DNA from: Pristiophorus japonicus
Lineage: Eukaryota
Length of the DNA stretch: 64,000 nt
Direction of reading: 5' to 3'
Assembly (NCBI RefSeq): GCF_044704955.1
Contig: NC_091984.1
Coordinates: 147,188,001 to 147,252,000 of the forward strand
In this document: one piece after another, positions 1 to 13,938 of the stretch
Numbering within the stretch: position 1 is the stretch's first letter
Layout: every line of letters starts with the position of its first letter
Program-made: the position numbers and the translations under genes
The notes under the pieces: model-generated
Seen by the model: the letters and a program-made list of their open reading frames with translations, nothing else
The model's database searches: none
Told to the model about the DNA's origin: nothing

Positions 1-439
1 GTGTCCCATTCGATGGGAGTAATGGCCATAGATGTTCTTCTCTTCTCCTGATCAACCAGCTAGACAGTTAATCAGTGGGCCTCAAAACTGGAGACTTCAT
101 GTGTGCTGATGTTCCTGTTTCTGAGTCTGTTCTCGCAAAGCTCTCACGGTCTGAAGGCCACTATTTCCCTTACCTGTGAAACACAGCTTTCGAAGTAGCT
201 TAACCACAGGACAGCTTGCAGCGTTCAGCAGCTTTAATGGACATTTGTGCAGCAGAAAGTCCTGTTGGCCTCACGAGGCATGCTGGTACATAAAATCTGG
301 TCAAGTTACAGCAAACTTGTACAAAATCTTACCCCACTCAGTTGTACAAACTGCTATTAAAAAAAGGAACAGCGGTTTTTCTCAAGGGCAATTAGGGATG
401 GGCAATAAATGCTGGCCTTGCCGGTGACATCTACATCCC

Positions 440-1930
440 AGAAACAAATAAAACAAATAAATGGGACAGTGGCAGCATGGATACAAAATTGGCCAAGTGA
501 CAGGAAACGGAGAGTAGTGGTGAACGGTTGTTTTTCGGACTGAAGAAGGTATACAGAGGTGTTCCCCAGGGGTGGGACTGGGACCACTGCTTTTCTTGGT
601 GTATATTAATGACTCGGATGTGAGTACACAGGGTGCAATTTCAAAATTTGCAGATGACACAAAACTTGGAAGTACAGGTTGTACCTCCCTTATCCAGAAA
701 TCCCTTACCCGGAACCACCCCTCGCCAGACCCATTCCGTCCATTCCGACATGAACAAATTGAAGAAATTGAAGTCCTTCCTTGCTGCCGAGTCTCACAAT
801 CACTGGCCTGACCCCGTGATCCACCGTACCCCGCCCCCCCCGCCCCCATGATCTTTCTGCTGCATTCCCAGCCCCAAGCCAGCCAGCCCCAATATCCCTT
901 TGCTCAGTACCTGCACCATCCAATTTAATGTGACCAACCCTCGTCCAGAAAAATCCCTTATCCAGCGATTGCGAGACTCGGCAGCAAGGAAGGACTTCAA
1001 TTTCTTCAATTTGTTCATGTCAGATTGGACGGGAATGGTTCTAGCGAGGGATGGTTCCGGATAAGGGATTTCTGGATTAGGGAGATACAACCTGTACTTC
1101 CAAGTTTTGTGTCATCTGCAAATTTTGAAATTGCGCCCTGTGTACTCACAGCCGAGTCAGGTCATGAGGGTTCTGGATAACGGAGGTTCAACCTGTACAG
1201 TGATCAGTGAGGAGGATAGTGATTGGCTTCAAAACATAGACAGGCTGGTGGAATGGGCATTGACGTGGCGATGAAATTTAACGCAAAAAAGTGCAAAGTG
1301 ATACATTTTGGCAGAAAGAATGATGAGAGGAAATATAAACTAAAGATTACAATCCTAAAGCGGGTACATGAACATTGAGACCTGGAGGTATATGTGCACA
1401 CGTCATTGAATGTGGCAGGGCAGGTTGACCAAACGATTTCAAGAAAGCATACGGGATCCTGGGTTTCATAAATAGAGGCATCGAGTACAAAAGTGTGGAA
1501 ATTATGATGAACTTGTATAAAACACTGGTTTGGCCTCAACTGGAGTATTGTGTCCAAGGAGGTGAAAGCCTTGGAGAGGGTGCAGGGGGGATTTACAAGA
1601 GTGGTTCCAGGCATGAGGGACTTCAGTTACGTTGATAGATGGGAGAAGCTGGGATTGTTCTCCTTGGAGCAGAGAAGGTGGAGAGGAGATTTGATTGAGG
1701 TGTTCAAATCATGAGGGGTATGGGCAGAGTAGATAGAGAGAAACTGTTCCCATTGGCGGAAGGGTCGAGAACCAGAGGACACAGATTTAAGGTGATTTTG
1801 TAGAAGAACCAAAGGCGACATGAGGGAAAACTTTTTTACGCAGCGAGTGGCTAGGATCTGGAATGCTCTGCCTGAAAGGGTGGTGGAGGCAGACTCAATC
1901 ATGGCTTTCAAAAAGAGAATTGGATAAGTA
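440..1930 (+). mobile_element. CR1-type LINE, 3' part of ORF2 (RT C-terminus), degraded and interrupted by a MITE at 675-1195
   Basis: Translated pieces LGPLLFLVYIND, ISKFADDTKLG and later LEKLGLFSLEQRR..RGDLIEVFK match CR1 RT; host sequence resumes after TA at 1196-1197. Confidence 0.85.
675..1195. mobile_element. Tc1/mariner (pogo/Tigger-like) non-autonomous element (MITE)
   Basis: Imperfect TIRs CAGGTTGTACCTCCCTTATCC / GGATAACGGAGGTTCAACCTG with TA at 673-674 and 1196-1197; no ORF. Confidence 0.75.
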
Positions 1931-1945
1931 AACATAGAAACATAG

Positions 1946-3320
1946 GGCCCAAGTTTCCACAAGAAAAAAAACGGGCGCCCCTCCGAGCAGGTCGCCTGTT
2001 TTTCGCACCTAAAACGGCGCCTAAAAAAATCCTCGATATTCTCCACCTACTTACAGGTCCTGTGGCACTCGGCGCAGCCAGCATGAGCTGTGGGGGGGCG
2101 GAGCCAGGTCCCGGCGCTGAAAACAGTGCCGGGACCTCTGCACATGCGCGCTACAGTGGGCACGCAAGTGCAGTAGCTCCAGGCGCCGAACTGTGTGGGA
2201 GGGGCCCGAAGCACGCAGCCCCTAGCCCTGGCCCAATGGCCTCACTGGGGCTGCTGAATGAGGCTCCTCCCACGGTCAGCTCCTGCTCCCCACCCGACCA
2301 GACCCGACACTCGCTCCCCCCCCTCCCCCCCCCCCTGCCGACCAGACCCGACCCGACACCCACTCTCCCCCCCCCCCACTGCCCCGACCAGACCCGACAC
2401 TCGCTCCCCCCCGCCCCGACCCCCGACCAGACCCGACACTCGCTCCCTGCTCCCCCCCCCCACCGCCGACCAGACCCGACCCGACACCCGCTCTCTCCCC
2501 CCGCCACTGCCCCGACCGAGACCCGACACCAGCTTCCCCCCCCCCGCCCCGACCCGACCCGACACCCGCTCCCACCCCGACCCGAGCCCGCTCCCCCCCG
2601 ACCCGACACCCGCTCCCACCCCGACCCGAGCCCGCTCCCCCCCGACCCAACACCCGCTCCCCGAACCCCCGCCTCCTTTCTTCCTCCCCCCCTTTCTTCC
2701 CCTCCCCCCCTCTCTCCCCACCTCCCCCTCCCTCCCCCTTCTCCGCTCCCCCCCTCTCTCTCCCTCCCTCCCTCCCTCTCCCCTTCTCTCTCTCCCTCTC
2801 TTTCTCCCTCCCTCTCTCGCTCAGCAGCACGAACAGCTGCAGAATTCTCCCTGCCTGAAGCACTTTCACAGAGGTAGGAAGATGGTTTTTTTAACCTTTT
2901 CTTGGCTTATAAATGTTTATTCAGGTTGGATTTATTTGTATAATATTTGTAGAAGTATAAATAAGGATTTATTGTCGAATTTAATGAGTTCCCTTCCCCC
3001 CCACCTCGTTCTGGACGCCTAATTTGTAACCTGCGCCTGATTTTTTAATGTGTAGAACAGGTTTTTTCAGTTCTACAAAAATCTTCACTGGCGCCATTCT
3101 ACTTTAGTTTGGAGTACATTTTCACTGTGGAAACTTTCAAATCAGGCGTCAGTGGCCGGACACGCCCCCTTTTGAAGAAAAAATTCTGTTCTAAACTAGA
3201 ACTGTTCTACCTGACTAGAACTGCAGAAAAAAAAATGTGGAGAATTGCGATTTTTAAAATAGTCCGTCCTCCACCAGTTGCTCCTAAAAATCAGGCGCGA
3301 ATCATGTGGAAACTTGGGCC
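1946..3320. mobile_element. PIF/Harbinger-related MITE with internal C-rich low-complexity tract (~2280-2820)
   Basis: TIRs GGCCCAAGTTTCCACA / TGTGGAAACTTGGGCC, flanked by ATAG on both sides inside a (CATAGAAA)n CR1 tail; 3100-3290 is the reverse complement homologue of the Harbinger left end at 58105-58310. Confidence 0.8.
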
Positions 3321-4985
3321 ATAGAAAATAGGTGCAGGAGGAGGCCATTCGGCTCTTTGAGCCTGCACCACCATTCAATATGATCATGGCTGATCATTCA
3401 CCTCAGTACCACTTTCCAGTTTTCTCTCCATACCCCTTGATCCCCTTAGCCATAACGGCCACATCTAACTCCCTCTTGAATATATCCAATGAACTGGCAT
3501 GAACAACTCTCTGCGGTAGGGAATTCCACAGGTTAACAACTCTCTGAGTGAAGAGGTTTCTCCTCATCGCAGTCCTAAATGGCTTACCCCTTATCCTTCG
3601 GATATGTCCCCTCGTTCTGGACTTCCGCAACATCAGGAACATTTTTCCTGCATCTAACCTGTCTAGTCCCATCAGAATTTTATATGTTTCCATGAGATCC
3701 CCTCTCATCCTTGTAACTCCAGTGAATTCAGGCCCAGTCTCTCCTCATATGTCAGTTCTGCCTTCTTGGGAATCAGTCTGGTGAACCTTTGCTGCACTCT
3801 CTCATTAGCAAAAATGTCCTTCCTCAGATTAGGAGACCAAAACTGAACACAATATTACAGGTGAGGCCTCACTAAGGCCCTGTATAACTGCAGTAAGACC
3901 CCCCTGCCCCTATACTCAAATCCCCTGGCTATGAAGGACAACATACCATTTGCCTTTTTCCCCCCCTGCTATACCTGCATGCCAACTTTCAAAGACTGAT
4001 GTACCATGACACCCAGGTCTCGTTGCATCTCCCCTTTTCCTAATCTGCTGCCGTTCAGATAATATTCTGCCTTCGTGTTTTTGCCACCAAAATGGATAAC
4101 CTCACATTTATCCACATTATACTGCATCTGCCATGCGTTTGCCCACTCACCTAACCTGTCCAAGTCACCCTGCAGCCTCATAGCGTCCTCCTCACAACTC
4201 ACACCGCCACAGAGCTGAGTGTCATATGCAAATTTGGAGATATTACACTCAATTCCTTCATCTAAATCATTGATGTATATTGTAAATAGCTGGGATCCCA
4301 GCATTGAGCCCTGCGGCACCCCATTAGTCACTGCCTGCCATTCTGAAAAGGACCCTTTTATCTCAACTCTCTGCTTCCTGTCTGCCAACCAGTTCTCTAT
4401 CCACGTCAGTACATTACTCCCAATACCATGTGCTTTAATTTTGCACACCAATCTCTTGTGTGGGACCTTGTCAAAAGCCTTTTGGAAGTCCAAATACACC
4501 ACATCCACTGGTTCTCCACTCAACTAGTTACATCCTCAAAAAATTCAGGAAGATTTGTCAAGCATGATTTCCCTTTCATAAATCGATGCTGACTTGGACC
4601 GATCCTGTCACTGCTTTCCAAATGTGCTGCTATTTCATCTTTAATAATTGATTCCAACATTTTCCCCACTACTGATGTCAGGCTAACCGGTCTATAATTA
4701 CCTGTTTTCTCTCTCGCTCCTTTCTTAAAAAGTGGTGTTACATTAGCTACCCTCCAGTCCACAGGAACTGGTCCAGACTCGATAGACTATTGGAAAATGA
4801 TCACCAATGCATCCACTATTTCTAGGGCCACTTCCTTAAGTACTCTGGGATGCAGACTATCAGGCCCCAGGGATTTATCGGCCTTCAATCCCATCAATTT
4901 CCCTAACACAATTTCCTGACTAATAAGGATTTCCTTCAGTTCCTCCTTCTCATTAGACCCTCGGTCCCCTAGTACTTCTAGAAGG
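3321..4985 (-). mobile_element. CR1 LINE 3' fragment (RT domain to 3' tail), frameshifted
   Basis: ORFs 4520-4762, 3969-4523 and 3403-3708 (-): NYRPVSLTS, YLDFQKAFDKVPH, GVPQGS, RTRGH..R; 3' UTR hairpin/tail near 3321-3400. Confidence 0.92.
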
Positions 4986-5124
4986 TAAACAATTTGCAGG
5001 GCTACAGGGAAAGGGCGGGGGTGTGGGACTTGCTGAAGTGCTCTTGCAGAGAGCTGGAACGTGCTCGATGGGCCGAATGGCCTCGTCCTGTGCTGTAACC
5101 ATTCTATGATTCAGTGAGTTGTGA

Positions 5125-5935
5125 ATGGAACTGAACACTGTGCAGTCATCAGTGAACTCCCCACTTCTGACCTTATGGTGGAGGGAAGGTCATTGATGAA
5201 TCAGCTGAAGATGGTTGGGCCTAGGACACTGCCCTGAGGAACTCCTGCAGCGATGTCCTGGGGCTTAGATGATTGACCTCCAACAACCACAACCATCTTC
5301 CTTTGTGCTCGGTATGACTCCAGCCAGTGGAGCGTTTTCCCCCTGATTCCCATTGACTTCAGGTTTAATGGGCTCCTTGATGCCACACTCGATCAAATGC
5401 TGGCTTGATGTCAAGGGCAGTCACTCTCACCTCACCTCTGGAATTCAGCTCTTTTGTCCATGCTTGGAACAAGGCTGTAATGAGGTCTGGAGCCGAGTGG
5501 TCCTGACGGAACCCAAACTGAGCATCTGTGAGCAGATTATTGGTGAGTTGCCGTTTGATAGCACTGTTGATGACACCTTGCATCACTTTGCTGATGATTG
5601 AGAGTAGACTGATGGGTCAGTAAATGGCTGGATTGGATTTATCCTGCTTTTTGTACAAAGGACATACGTGGGCAGTTTTACACATTGTCGGATAGATGCC
5701 AGTGTTGTAGCTGTACAGGAACAGCTTGGCTAGAGGCGCGACTGGTTCTGGAGCACAAATTTTTAGCATGACAGCCGGGATGCTGCCGGGGCCCATAGCC
5801 TTTGCTGTATCCAGTGTGCTCAGCTGCTTCTTGATATCACGTGGAGTGAATCGAATTGGCTGAAGACCGGCTTCTGAGATGGTGGGAACATCAGGAGGCG
5901 GTCGATATGGATCATCCACTTGACACTTCTGGCTG
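5125..5935 (-). mobile_element. Second CR1-clade LINE family, RT fragment
   Basis: [47 protein letters not shown] in minus-strand ORFs. Confidence 0.85.
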
Positions 5936-6046
5936 AATGCTAGGAGAGAGATTAAAAAGCAACACCTCAAAGGTAGTAATCCCTGGGTTACTGCCAGTGC
6001 CACGTGCTAGTGAGTACAGAAACAGGATGATAGAGAAGATGAATAC

Positions 6047-9000
6047 TGTTGTGTATCTATAAAGCATGCACGCCCACGTTCCGACACCAGGGAGCGCATC
6101 CCCTGAAGTCCCAAGTGATCCCAGCATCCCTTGGGAGCACTGTATATAAGCCGGCCCTAAGGCTTGTTCCTCACTCTGGAGTGTCTTAATAAAGACTGAG
6201 GTCACTGTTACTTTAACCTCCTTGTGTGCAGTCTCATCTGTGTTTGGAACACAACAACTGCCGACGAGTATAAGAATCCAACGCAAAGATGCAGAAAACT
6301 GTGAGCATCCTGGAGACGTTCTCGGAGGGTGAGGACTGGAAAGCCTATGTCAAACGGCTAGACCAGCACTTTGTAGCCAACAAGCTGAAGGGAGAAGGAA
6401 GCGCTGCAAAAAGGAGAGTGGTCTTCCTCACAGTCTGCGGGGCACCGACCTACAGCCTCATGAAGAATCTTCTGGCTCTGGTGAAACCCACAGATAAGTC
6501 GTATGAGGAGCTGTGTACACTGGTTCAGGAATACCTTAACCCGAGGGAGAGATATCGGTTCTTATTGTGCCAGCGATCTGAAGGTCAGGAAGTGGCGAGC
6601 TACATCGCCGAGCTAAGGCGACTTGCAGGACAATGTGAGTTTGATGGCTTCCTGGAGCAGATGCTCAGAGACTTTTTTGTGTTGGGCACTGGCCATGAGA
6701 CCATCCTCCAAAAACTTTTGATTGTAGAGACACCGACCCTCAGTAAGGCTATTGCAATAGCACAGGCGTTTATGTCCACCAGTGATAACACCAAACAAAT
6801 CTCTCAGCACACAAGTACTAGCAATGTTCATAAATTAACTGGAACTGTGTTTGTGAGTAGAAATGAACAGGGCAGAAAACACGAGTCTGCAACTGCCAGC
6901 AGGCCTCAGGTGAACCAGATGATTCAGAGTCCGCAACACCTTGTTGGCGTTGTGGAGGCTTCCATTCAGCCCATTCATGCCGCTTCAAAGGGTATGTTTG
7001 CAGGAGCTGTGGAACAATGGGACACCTCCAACGAGCTTGCAGACGAGCTGCAAGCTCTGCAAAACCTGCTAATCACGTGGCAGAGGAAGATCGGTCCATG
7101 GTGGATCAAAGCAATTTTGAGCCTCAGAGAGAGGAGGCAGATGCTGAAGTACACAGGGTGCACACATTTTCGACAAAATGTCCATCTATAATGCTAAATG
7201 TAAAATTGAATGGCTTACCCATAGCCGTGGAACTAGACACTGGCGCTAGCCAATCCATCATGAGTAAAAAGATGTTTGAGAGACTGTGGTGCAACAATGC
7301 ACTCAGACCAGCCTGGAGCCCCATCCACATGAAACTGAGAACGTACACCAAAGAGCTCATCACTGTCCTGGGCAGCGCCATGGTCAAGGTCACCTACGAG
7401 GGCATGGTGCACAAACTGCCACTCTGGATTGTCCCGGGTGATGGTCCCACACTGCTTGGAAGGAGCTGGCTGGGCAAAATCCGCAGGAACTGCGATGACG
7501 TCCGAGTGCTATCACATGTTGCTGAGGCCTCATGTACCCAGGTTCTTAACAAATTTCATTTGATTTTTGAGCCAGGCATTGGAAACTTTTCTGGGGTGAA
7601 GTTGCGGATCCACTTGGTCCCAGAGGCACGACCCATTCACCATAAGGCACGAGCGGTACCTCACATGATGAGGGAGAGAGTGGAAATCGAGCTGGATAGG
7701 CGGAAACGCGAGGGCATCATCTCCCCAGTGGAATTCAGCAAGTGGGCCAGCCCGATTGTTCCAGTACTCTAAAGTGATGGCACGGTCAGGATTTGCAGCG
7801 ATTATAAAGTAACGATTAATCGTTCCTCATTACAGGACCAATTCCCGTTACCTAAGGCAGACGACCTATTTGCAACGCTGGCAGGAGGCAAGACGTTCAC
7901 CAAACTCGACCTGACTTCGGCCTGCATGACGCAAGAGCTGGAGGAGTCTTCCAAGGGCCTCACCTGCATCAACACGCACAAGGGACTGTTCATCGACAAC
8001 AGATGCCCGTTTGGAATTTGGTCGGCTGCAGCTATCTTCCAGAGAAACATGGAGAGCCTTCTCAAGCCGGTACCACGCACGGTGGTTTTCCAGGACGACA
8101 TATTGGTCACTGGTCAGTACACCGTCGAGCACCTACAAAACCTGGAGGAGGTCCTCCAGCGACTGGATCGCGTAGGGCTGCGGCTGAAGAGGTCAAAATG
8201 CAGCTTCATGGCAACAGAAGTGAAGTTTTTGGGGAGAAAGATCGCGGCGGACGGCATTCGGCCCACAGATGCCAAGACAGAGGCTATCAGGAACGCGCCC
8301 AAGCCACAGAACATCATGGAGCTGCGGTCATCCCTGGGACTCCTCAACTATTTTGGTAACTTCCTACCAGGGTTAAGCACCCTCTTAGAGCCCCTACATG
8401 TGTTATTGCGTAAAGGTGAGAACTGGGTATGGGGAAAAAAACAAGTAATTGCTTTTGAGAAAGCCAGAAACATTTTATGCTCCTACAAGCTGCTTGTTTT
8501 GTGCAACCCATGTAAAAGACTTGTGCTAGAAAGCGATGCATCGTCATACGGAATCGGGTGTGTATTACAACAAGCTAACATTGCGGGGAAGTTGCAACCT
8601 GTTGCCTATGCCTCCAGGAGCTTGTCTAAGGCCAAGAGGGCATACAACATGATTGAGAAAGAGGCATTAGCATGTGTGTTCGGGCTAAAGAAAATGCATC
8701 AGTACCTGTTTGGCCTCAAATTTGAGTTGGAAACTGATCACAAGCCCCTCATATCCCTGTTCGCTGAAAACAAGGAGATAAATCCGAATGCCTCAGCCCA
8801 CATACAAAGGTGGGCACTCGCGCTATCAGCGTATAACTATACCATCCGCCACAGGCCAAGCACCGAGAACTGTGCGGATGCTCTCAATCGGCTATCATTG
8901 CCCGCCACAGGGGTGGAAATGGCGCAGCCTGCAAACTTGTTGATGGTGGCACAGCCCGCAGACTTGTTGATGCATGAAAGCATTTGAAAATGATAACTCT

Positions 9001-10576
9001 CCTGTCACGGCCCGCCAGACTAGGACTTGGACCAGCCAATATCCTCTGCTTTCCCTAGTAAAAAACTGTACTGCATGGGAGCTGGGCCAGCATCCCCGTT
9101 GAAATGCAAGAGCTAATCAAGCCGTTCCAGCGGTGAAAGGACGAGCTGTCCATTCAGGCAGACTGCCTGTTGTGGGGTAACTACGTAGTGCTACCCAAAA
9201 AGGGCAGGGAGACGTTCATCTCGGATCTCCACAGCATACACCCGGATATAGTAATGATGAAAGCGATAGCCAGATCCCACATATGGTGGCCCGGTATCGA
9301 CTCTGACTTGGAGTCCTGTGTACGGCAATGCAGCATGTGTGCTCAGTTGAGCAACGCGCCCAGAGAGGCACAACTAAGTTTGTGGTCCTGGCCCTCCAGA
9401 CCATGGTCGAGGATCCATGTCGACTATGTGGGCCCGTTTCTCGGTAAAATGTTCCTGGTGGTGGTGGATGCTTTTTCAAAATGGATTGAATGTGAAATAT
9501 TGTCATGAAGCACCACCACCGCCACCATTGAAAGCCTGAGGGCCATGTTTGCCACCCACGGTCTGCCTGACATACTGGTCAGTGACAACGAGCCATGTTT
9601 CACCAGTGAGAATTTAAAGAATTCATGACCGCAATGGGATCAAACATGTCACCTCAGCCCCATTTAAACCAGCCTCCAGTTGGCAGGCAGAGCAGACAGC
9701 ACAAACAATCAAACAGAGCCTTAAACGAGTCACAGAAGGCTCACTCCAAATCCACCTGTCCCGAGTACTGCTCAGCTACCGCACGAGGCCCCACTCGTTC
9801 ACAGGAAAAGGACACTTAAAACCAGACTCTCGCTGGTCCAACCTGCATGATCAGGTAGTGGGCAGGTGGCAGCAACCAAATGGAAACGATGGTCGCGCCA
9901 CTGTGTCACGGGAAATTGATCTGAATGACCCTGTGTATGTGCTAAACTATGGACATGATCCCAAGTGGATCGTGGGTACGGTGATAGCTAAAGAAGGGAA
10001 TATGGTGTTTGTAGTCAAACTAGACAATGGACAAATTTGCAGAAAGCACCTGGACCAAACGAGGCTGCAGTTCACAGACTGCCCTGAACAACCCACAGCA
10101 GACACCACCTTTTTTGAGCCCACAACATACACCCAAAAGATCAACGACACCACCCCGTACCAAGAAATTGAACCCATCATGCCCAAGAGCCCAGCAAGGC
10201 CAGGCTCACCCAGCAACCCTGCAGGGCCAACAACACACCAGCCCAGCGAGGGCACAGCCAACACACCAGAACAGACATTTGTACCGAGGCGTACCACCAG
10301 GGAAAGAAAGGCTCCCGACCGCCTCAACTTGTAAATAGTTTTCACTTTGACTTTGCGGGGGAGTGATGTTGTGTATCTGTAAAGCATGCACTCCCATGTT
10401 CTGCCACCAGGGAGCGCATCCCCTGAAGTCCCAAGGGATCCCAGCATGCCTTGGGAGCACTGCAGATAAACCGGCCCCTCAGGCCTGTTCCTTTCTCTGG
10501 AATGTCTTATAAAGACTGAGGTCATTGTTACTTTAACCTCCCTGTGTGCAGTCTCATCTGTGTTAGGAACACAATA
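6047..10576 (+). mobile_element. Ty3/gypsy LTR retrotransposon A (Mag-like), complete but degenerate
   Basis: 210-bp LTRs 6047-6256 and 10367-10576, 5-bp TSD AATAC (6042-6046, 10577-10581), mutated tRNA-Ser-type PBS TGCCGACGAG, PPT before 10367; gag 6289, protease ELDTGAS, RT FQDD, RNase H, integrase HHCC; several stops/frameshifts. Confidence 0.95.
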
Positions 10577-11411
10577 AATACGTGGCTGGAGAGCTGGTGC
10601 AGGAGGGATGGGCTTTAGATTCCTGAGGCATTGGGACCATTTCTGGCGGAGGTGGGACCTGTACAAACCGGACGGGTTGCACCTCAACAGAGCCGGGACC
10701 AATATCCTCGTGGGGGGGCGGGGGACGGGGGGTGGTTGCCAGTGCTGTTGGGGACTTGGCAGGGAGACGGGAACCGGAGAATAGATTCAGTGGGGAGAGA
10801 AGTAAAGCTGAAATTGGGCAGCACAGAAGTAGAAAGTGAATTTGGAAGACAGAGGAAACAAGGGCTGGAAAATAGAAAACAAGCGACTTTGGTAACACTG
10901 AATGGTATATACTTCAATGCAAGGAGTATAGGGAATAAGGCAGATGAGCTGAGAGCACAGATAGACACTTGGGAGTACGATATTTTAGCTATTACTGAGA
11001 CATGGCTGAAAGAAGGGCAGGTATGGCAGCTCAACATTCCTGGTTACAGGGTTTTCAGACGGGATAGAAAGGGGGTAAAAAAGGAGGGGGTCGCAGTATT
11101 AATTAAAGAAACAATTACTGCTGTGAGAAGGGATGATATGTTAGAGGGGTCATCAAAGGAGGCCATATAGGTTTAATTGAAGAACAAAAAAGAGGCGATC
11201 ACACTACTGGGAGAGTACTATAGACCCCCAAACAATCCGAGGGAGATAGAAGAACAAATATTTGGGCAAATTGCTGCAAAGTACTAAAACTATAGAGCTG
11301 TAATAGTGGGGAATTTCAACTACCCGAATATTAATTGGAGAAAAAGTCGTGTGAATGGTACAGAATTGCTAAAATGCATTCCGGAGAACTTCTTTAGCCA
11401 GTATGTAACAA

Positions 11412-11646
11412 TCCACCAGGCAGCGGGCAGTCGAGGGGGTCATTCAGCCCAACTGCCTGCCTCTCTTCCGCGGTTACATTCGAGCCAGAGTGTCCCTGGA
11501 GATGGAGCACGCAGTGTCCAGCGGTACGCTCGCGGCCTTCCACGAGACGTGGGCACCGGAGGGACTGGAGTGCATCATCACCCCCGGCAACCAAATTTTC
11601 ATTTTTAAGAAGGGGGCACTTAATTCATCGTTTCTTCAAAAATAGT
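11412..11646 (+). mobile_element. Tx1-clade non-LTR retrotransposon 3' end fragment
   Basis: Translates RQRAVEGVIQPNCLPLFRGYIRARVSLEMEHAVSSGTLAAFHETWAPEGLECII; flanked by TGTAACAA duplication (11404-11411, 11647-11654). Clade call is from recalled similarity. Confidence 0.65.
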
Positions 11647-11934
11647 TGTAACAAGTCCAACAAGGGAGGGGGTGGTTCTGGACTTGGTTTTGGGGAATGA
11701 AGAGGGGCAGGTGGAAGGGGTATCAGTGGGAGAGCATTTTGGTGCTGGTGATCAGAATTCAGTTAGATTTCGGGTAGTAATGGAAAAGGACAAAGATAGG
11801 CATGGAATAAAAGTTCTCAATTGGGGAAAAGCCAATTTTGCTAAGCTGTGATGAGATTTGGCCGAAGTGGACTGGAAACAGCTACTTGATGGTAAATCAG
11901 TGTCAGAGCAGTGGGAGGCATTCACGGAGGATAC

Positions 11935-12247
11935 CTCTGCCACCTTTTCAGGCAGTGAGTTCCAGACCCCCACCATCTTCTGGGTGAAGTAATTTCCCCT
12001 CAAATCTCCTCTATACCTCTCCCCAATTACTTTAAATCTATGCCCCCTGGTTTTTGACCCCTCTGCCAAGGAACAGAGGTCCGTCTTATCCACTCTATCC
12101 AGGCCCCTCATAATTTTATACACCTCAATCAAGTTTCCCCTCAGCCTTCTCTGTACCAAAGTAAACAACCCCAGCCTATCCAATCTTTCCTCATAGTTAA
12201 AATTCTCCAGTCCAGGCAACATCCTCGTAAATCTCCTCTGTACCCTC
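11935..12247 (-). mobile_element. CR1 LINE 3' fragment
   Basis: ORF 11752-12222(-) YEERLDRLGLFTLVQRRLRGNLIEVYKI..KTRGHRFK. Confidence 0.85.
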
Positions 12248-12324
12248 GGTTTAATGTCTCATCCGAAGAAAGCGTACTGTTAATTAAACACGAAAAGCAA
12301 GAACTTTGAAGTGGTGGGAATACT

Positions 12325-13935
12325 TGTAGAATTTACAATATTTTGCAAAGATTCCTTGTACCTTTCCCCCGCAGAGGAGAAAAATCCCTTTCTGGACTTT
12401 TAAAATGGAAGGAAAAACCTCGGGACACAAATGAGTTTAAAGGGCAGATGAGGCCTGCAGGGGATAAAAGGGGATGCATTCATGGAGACCCCTCCCCGCC
12501 AGTGTTTGAACTCATAGGAAAGGGAATTTAATTTGGAACTCGATGACGATTTTGGTATCCTTGAAAAAACTCTGAGGAAGATAGCTAAGAGCTTTACAAG
12601 TTTAAGATCTCTATAGGAGCATGTTGGAAGAGACTGCCAGAACAGAGGGTGGGGGACTTAACTCAGGAATTGGGAATTTAATTTGTCTGGGAGAATGAGT
12701 CGATGGATAACTAACAAGAACTGTGAGACATAAAAATTCACTCCCTAGTGAGAATAAACACATCAAGTGCTATCAGGCTAATCACCGGAGACCATTATTG
12801 GTATGCATGTGCAAATAGACCGATCGAATTCATGGGCTCAGCCCAACGGCCCAAGAGTTTAAACACTGCTCCAACAATGCCAACCGGTGATTTTCCACAT
12901 TACCACATCATAATCAAATTACTGCTGAACAAGCCCGACAAATTCTGACAAAGAAGAGGGCTCAAAACTAATGAGCAGCCCCCTTGAAACAAAGAGCTGG
13001 GCCAGATTTGGTGGGAGATAAGGAAGCCTTTTTGGGGTATATCTATTCCCAGTTTTACAAGGAAAAGAACGCAAGCAGCAGGCGGTGGGGAGTGAAGAAA
13101 TGGAGTAGTGGAGAAAACTACAAGAAATCATCAAGGACCGACCGAGCACGAGGCCCATGAAATGGAAGGTTGTCAGCAACCAAATTGACAACCCAGGTCA
13201 CCACAACCAGCGAAACGACCAACCAAAACCAACTCAGCAAAAACCGAAGAATCGACATTTATTTCTGCTCTACAATCTACTTCTGAATGACCAACGGGTG
13301 AGAAATTACCTAAAAGGACTAACTAAAACTATTCCTAACCAAAGAAAGTGGGCACTTACCCCACACATCCAAAACGCGACTTACCCATCTTCGGACTCAC
13401 CCCAAATGAAGACTATGCAGTCGGAAGTGCTCTCCTCCGTCCGGGGTATGGCTCGCCTTGAAAGCCAAGTGCAGTGAACCCCAAAAACGCGATTCACCGG
13501 CAACTGTCAAAAGGGATTGGTGAGCATAGCTCCTGAACCCCCAGAGCTATAACTTAGTTAGTTAGGCGAATTGGGAGGGGGAGGCTGGGATAACTTGTGT
13601 GCATGTATCTACATTCTCCTCTTTACCCCATTTAGAGTTTAAGCTGTATTCTTTTCCCAACAGGCCGTATGTTGACAATTTATTCAATGTGTTTTATCCC
13701 TCAGGGTGTATTGGTATTACTATTCTGTGTGTGTTATTAAAGGTGTGCCCTTTTACTTCCTTTAAGACATAATAAAGCCGTACCTGCTTCCTGCCTTGAA
13801 ACCGATTGTCTGTTCAAGTCTGTCACAGTCCCTTCATAATTCCAGAGTCTGGAACCAAGAATGTGGGAGCGATTCAAAACCGCTCTATAAGGTCAGAAGG
13901 AAAAGCTGACACCCCATCGAAAACCATCCCTTACA
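12325..13935 (+). repeat. 5' LTR (1611 bp) of retrovirus-like element
   Basis: Colinear with 23710-25328 end to end; starts TGTAGAATTTAC, ends CCTTACA; AATAAA near 13771. Confidence 0.93.
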
Positions 13936-13938
13936 TAA

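Larger units (their letters stand above)
5941..11930 (+). mobile_element. CR1 LINE ORF1 esterase end and ORF2 endonuclease, split by the gypsy element at 6047-10576 and a Tx1 fragment at 11412-11646
   Basis: RMIEKMNT|WLESWCRR reads across the AATAC target duplication; YFNARSIGNKADEL..AITETWL endonuclease motif at 10900-11010. Confidence 0.85.

Noticed and set aside
2062-3022. Long Pro/Gly-rich ORFs on both strands
   Set aside because: Produced by the C-rich low-complexity interior of a MITE; no domain signal.
12343-13477. Short ORFs in the long LTRs (and 23627-24917) as accessory genes
   Set aside because: Short, differ between the two LTR copies, and show no recognisable motifs.
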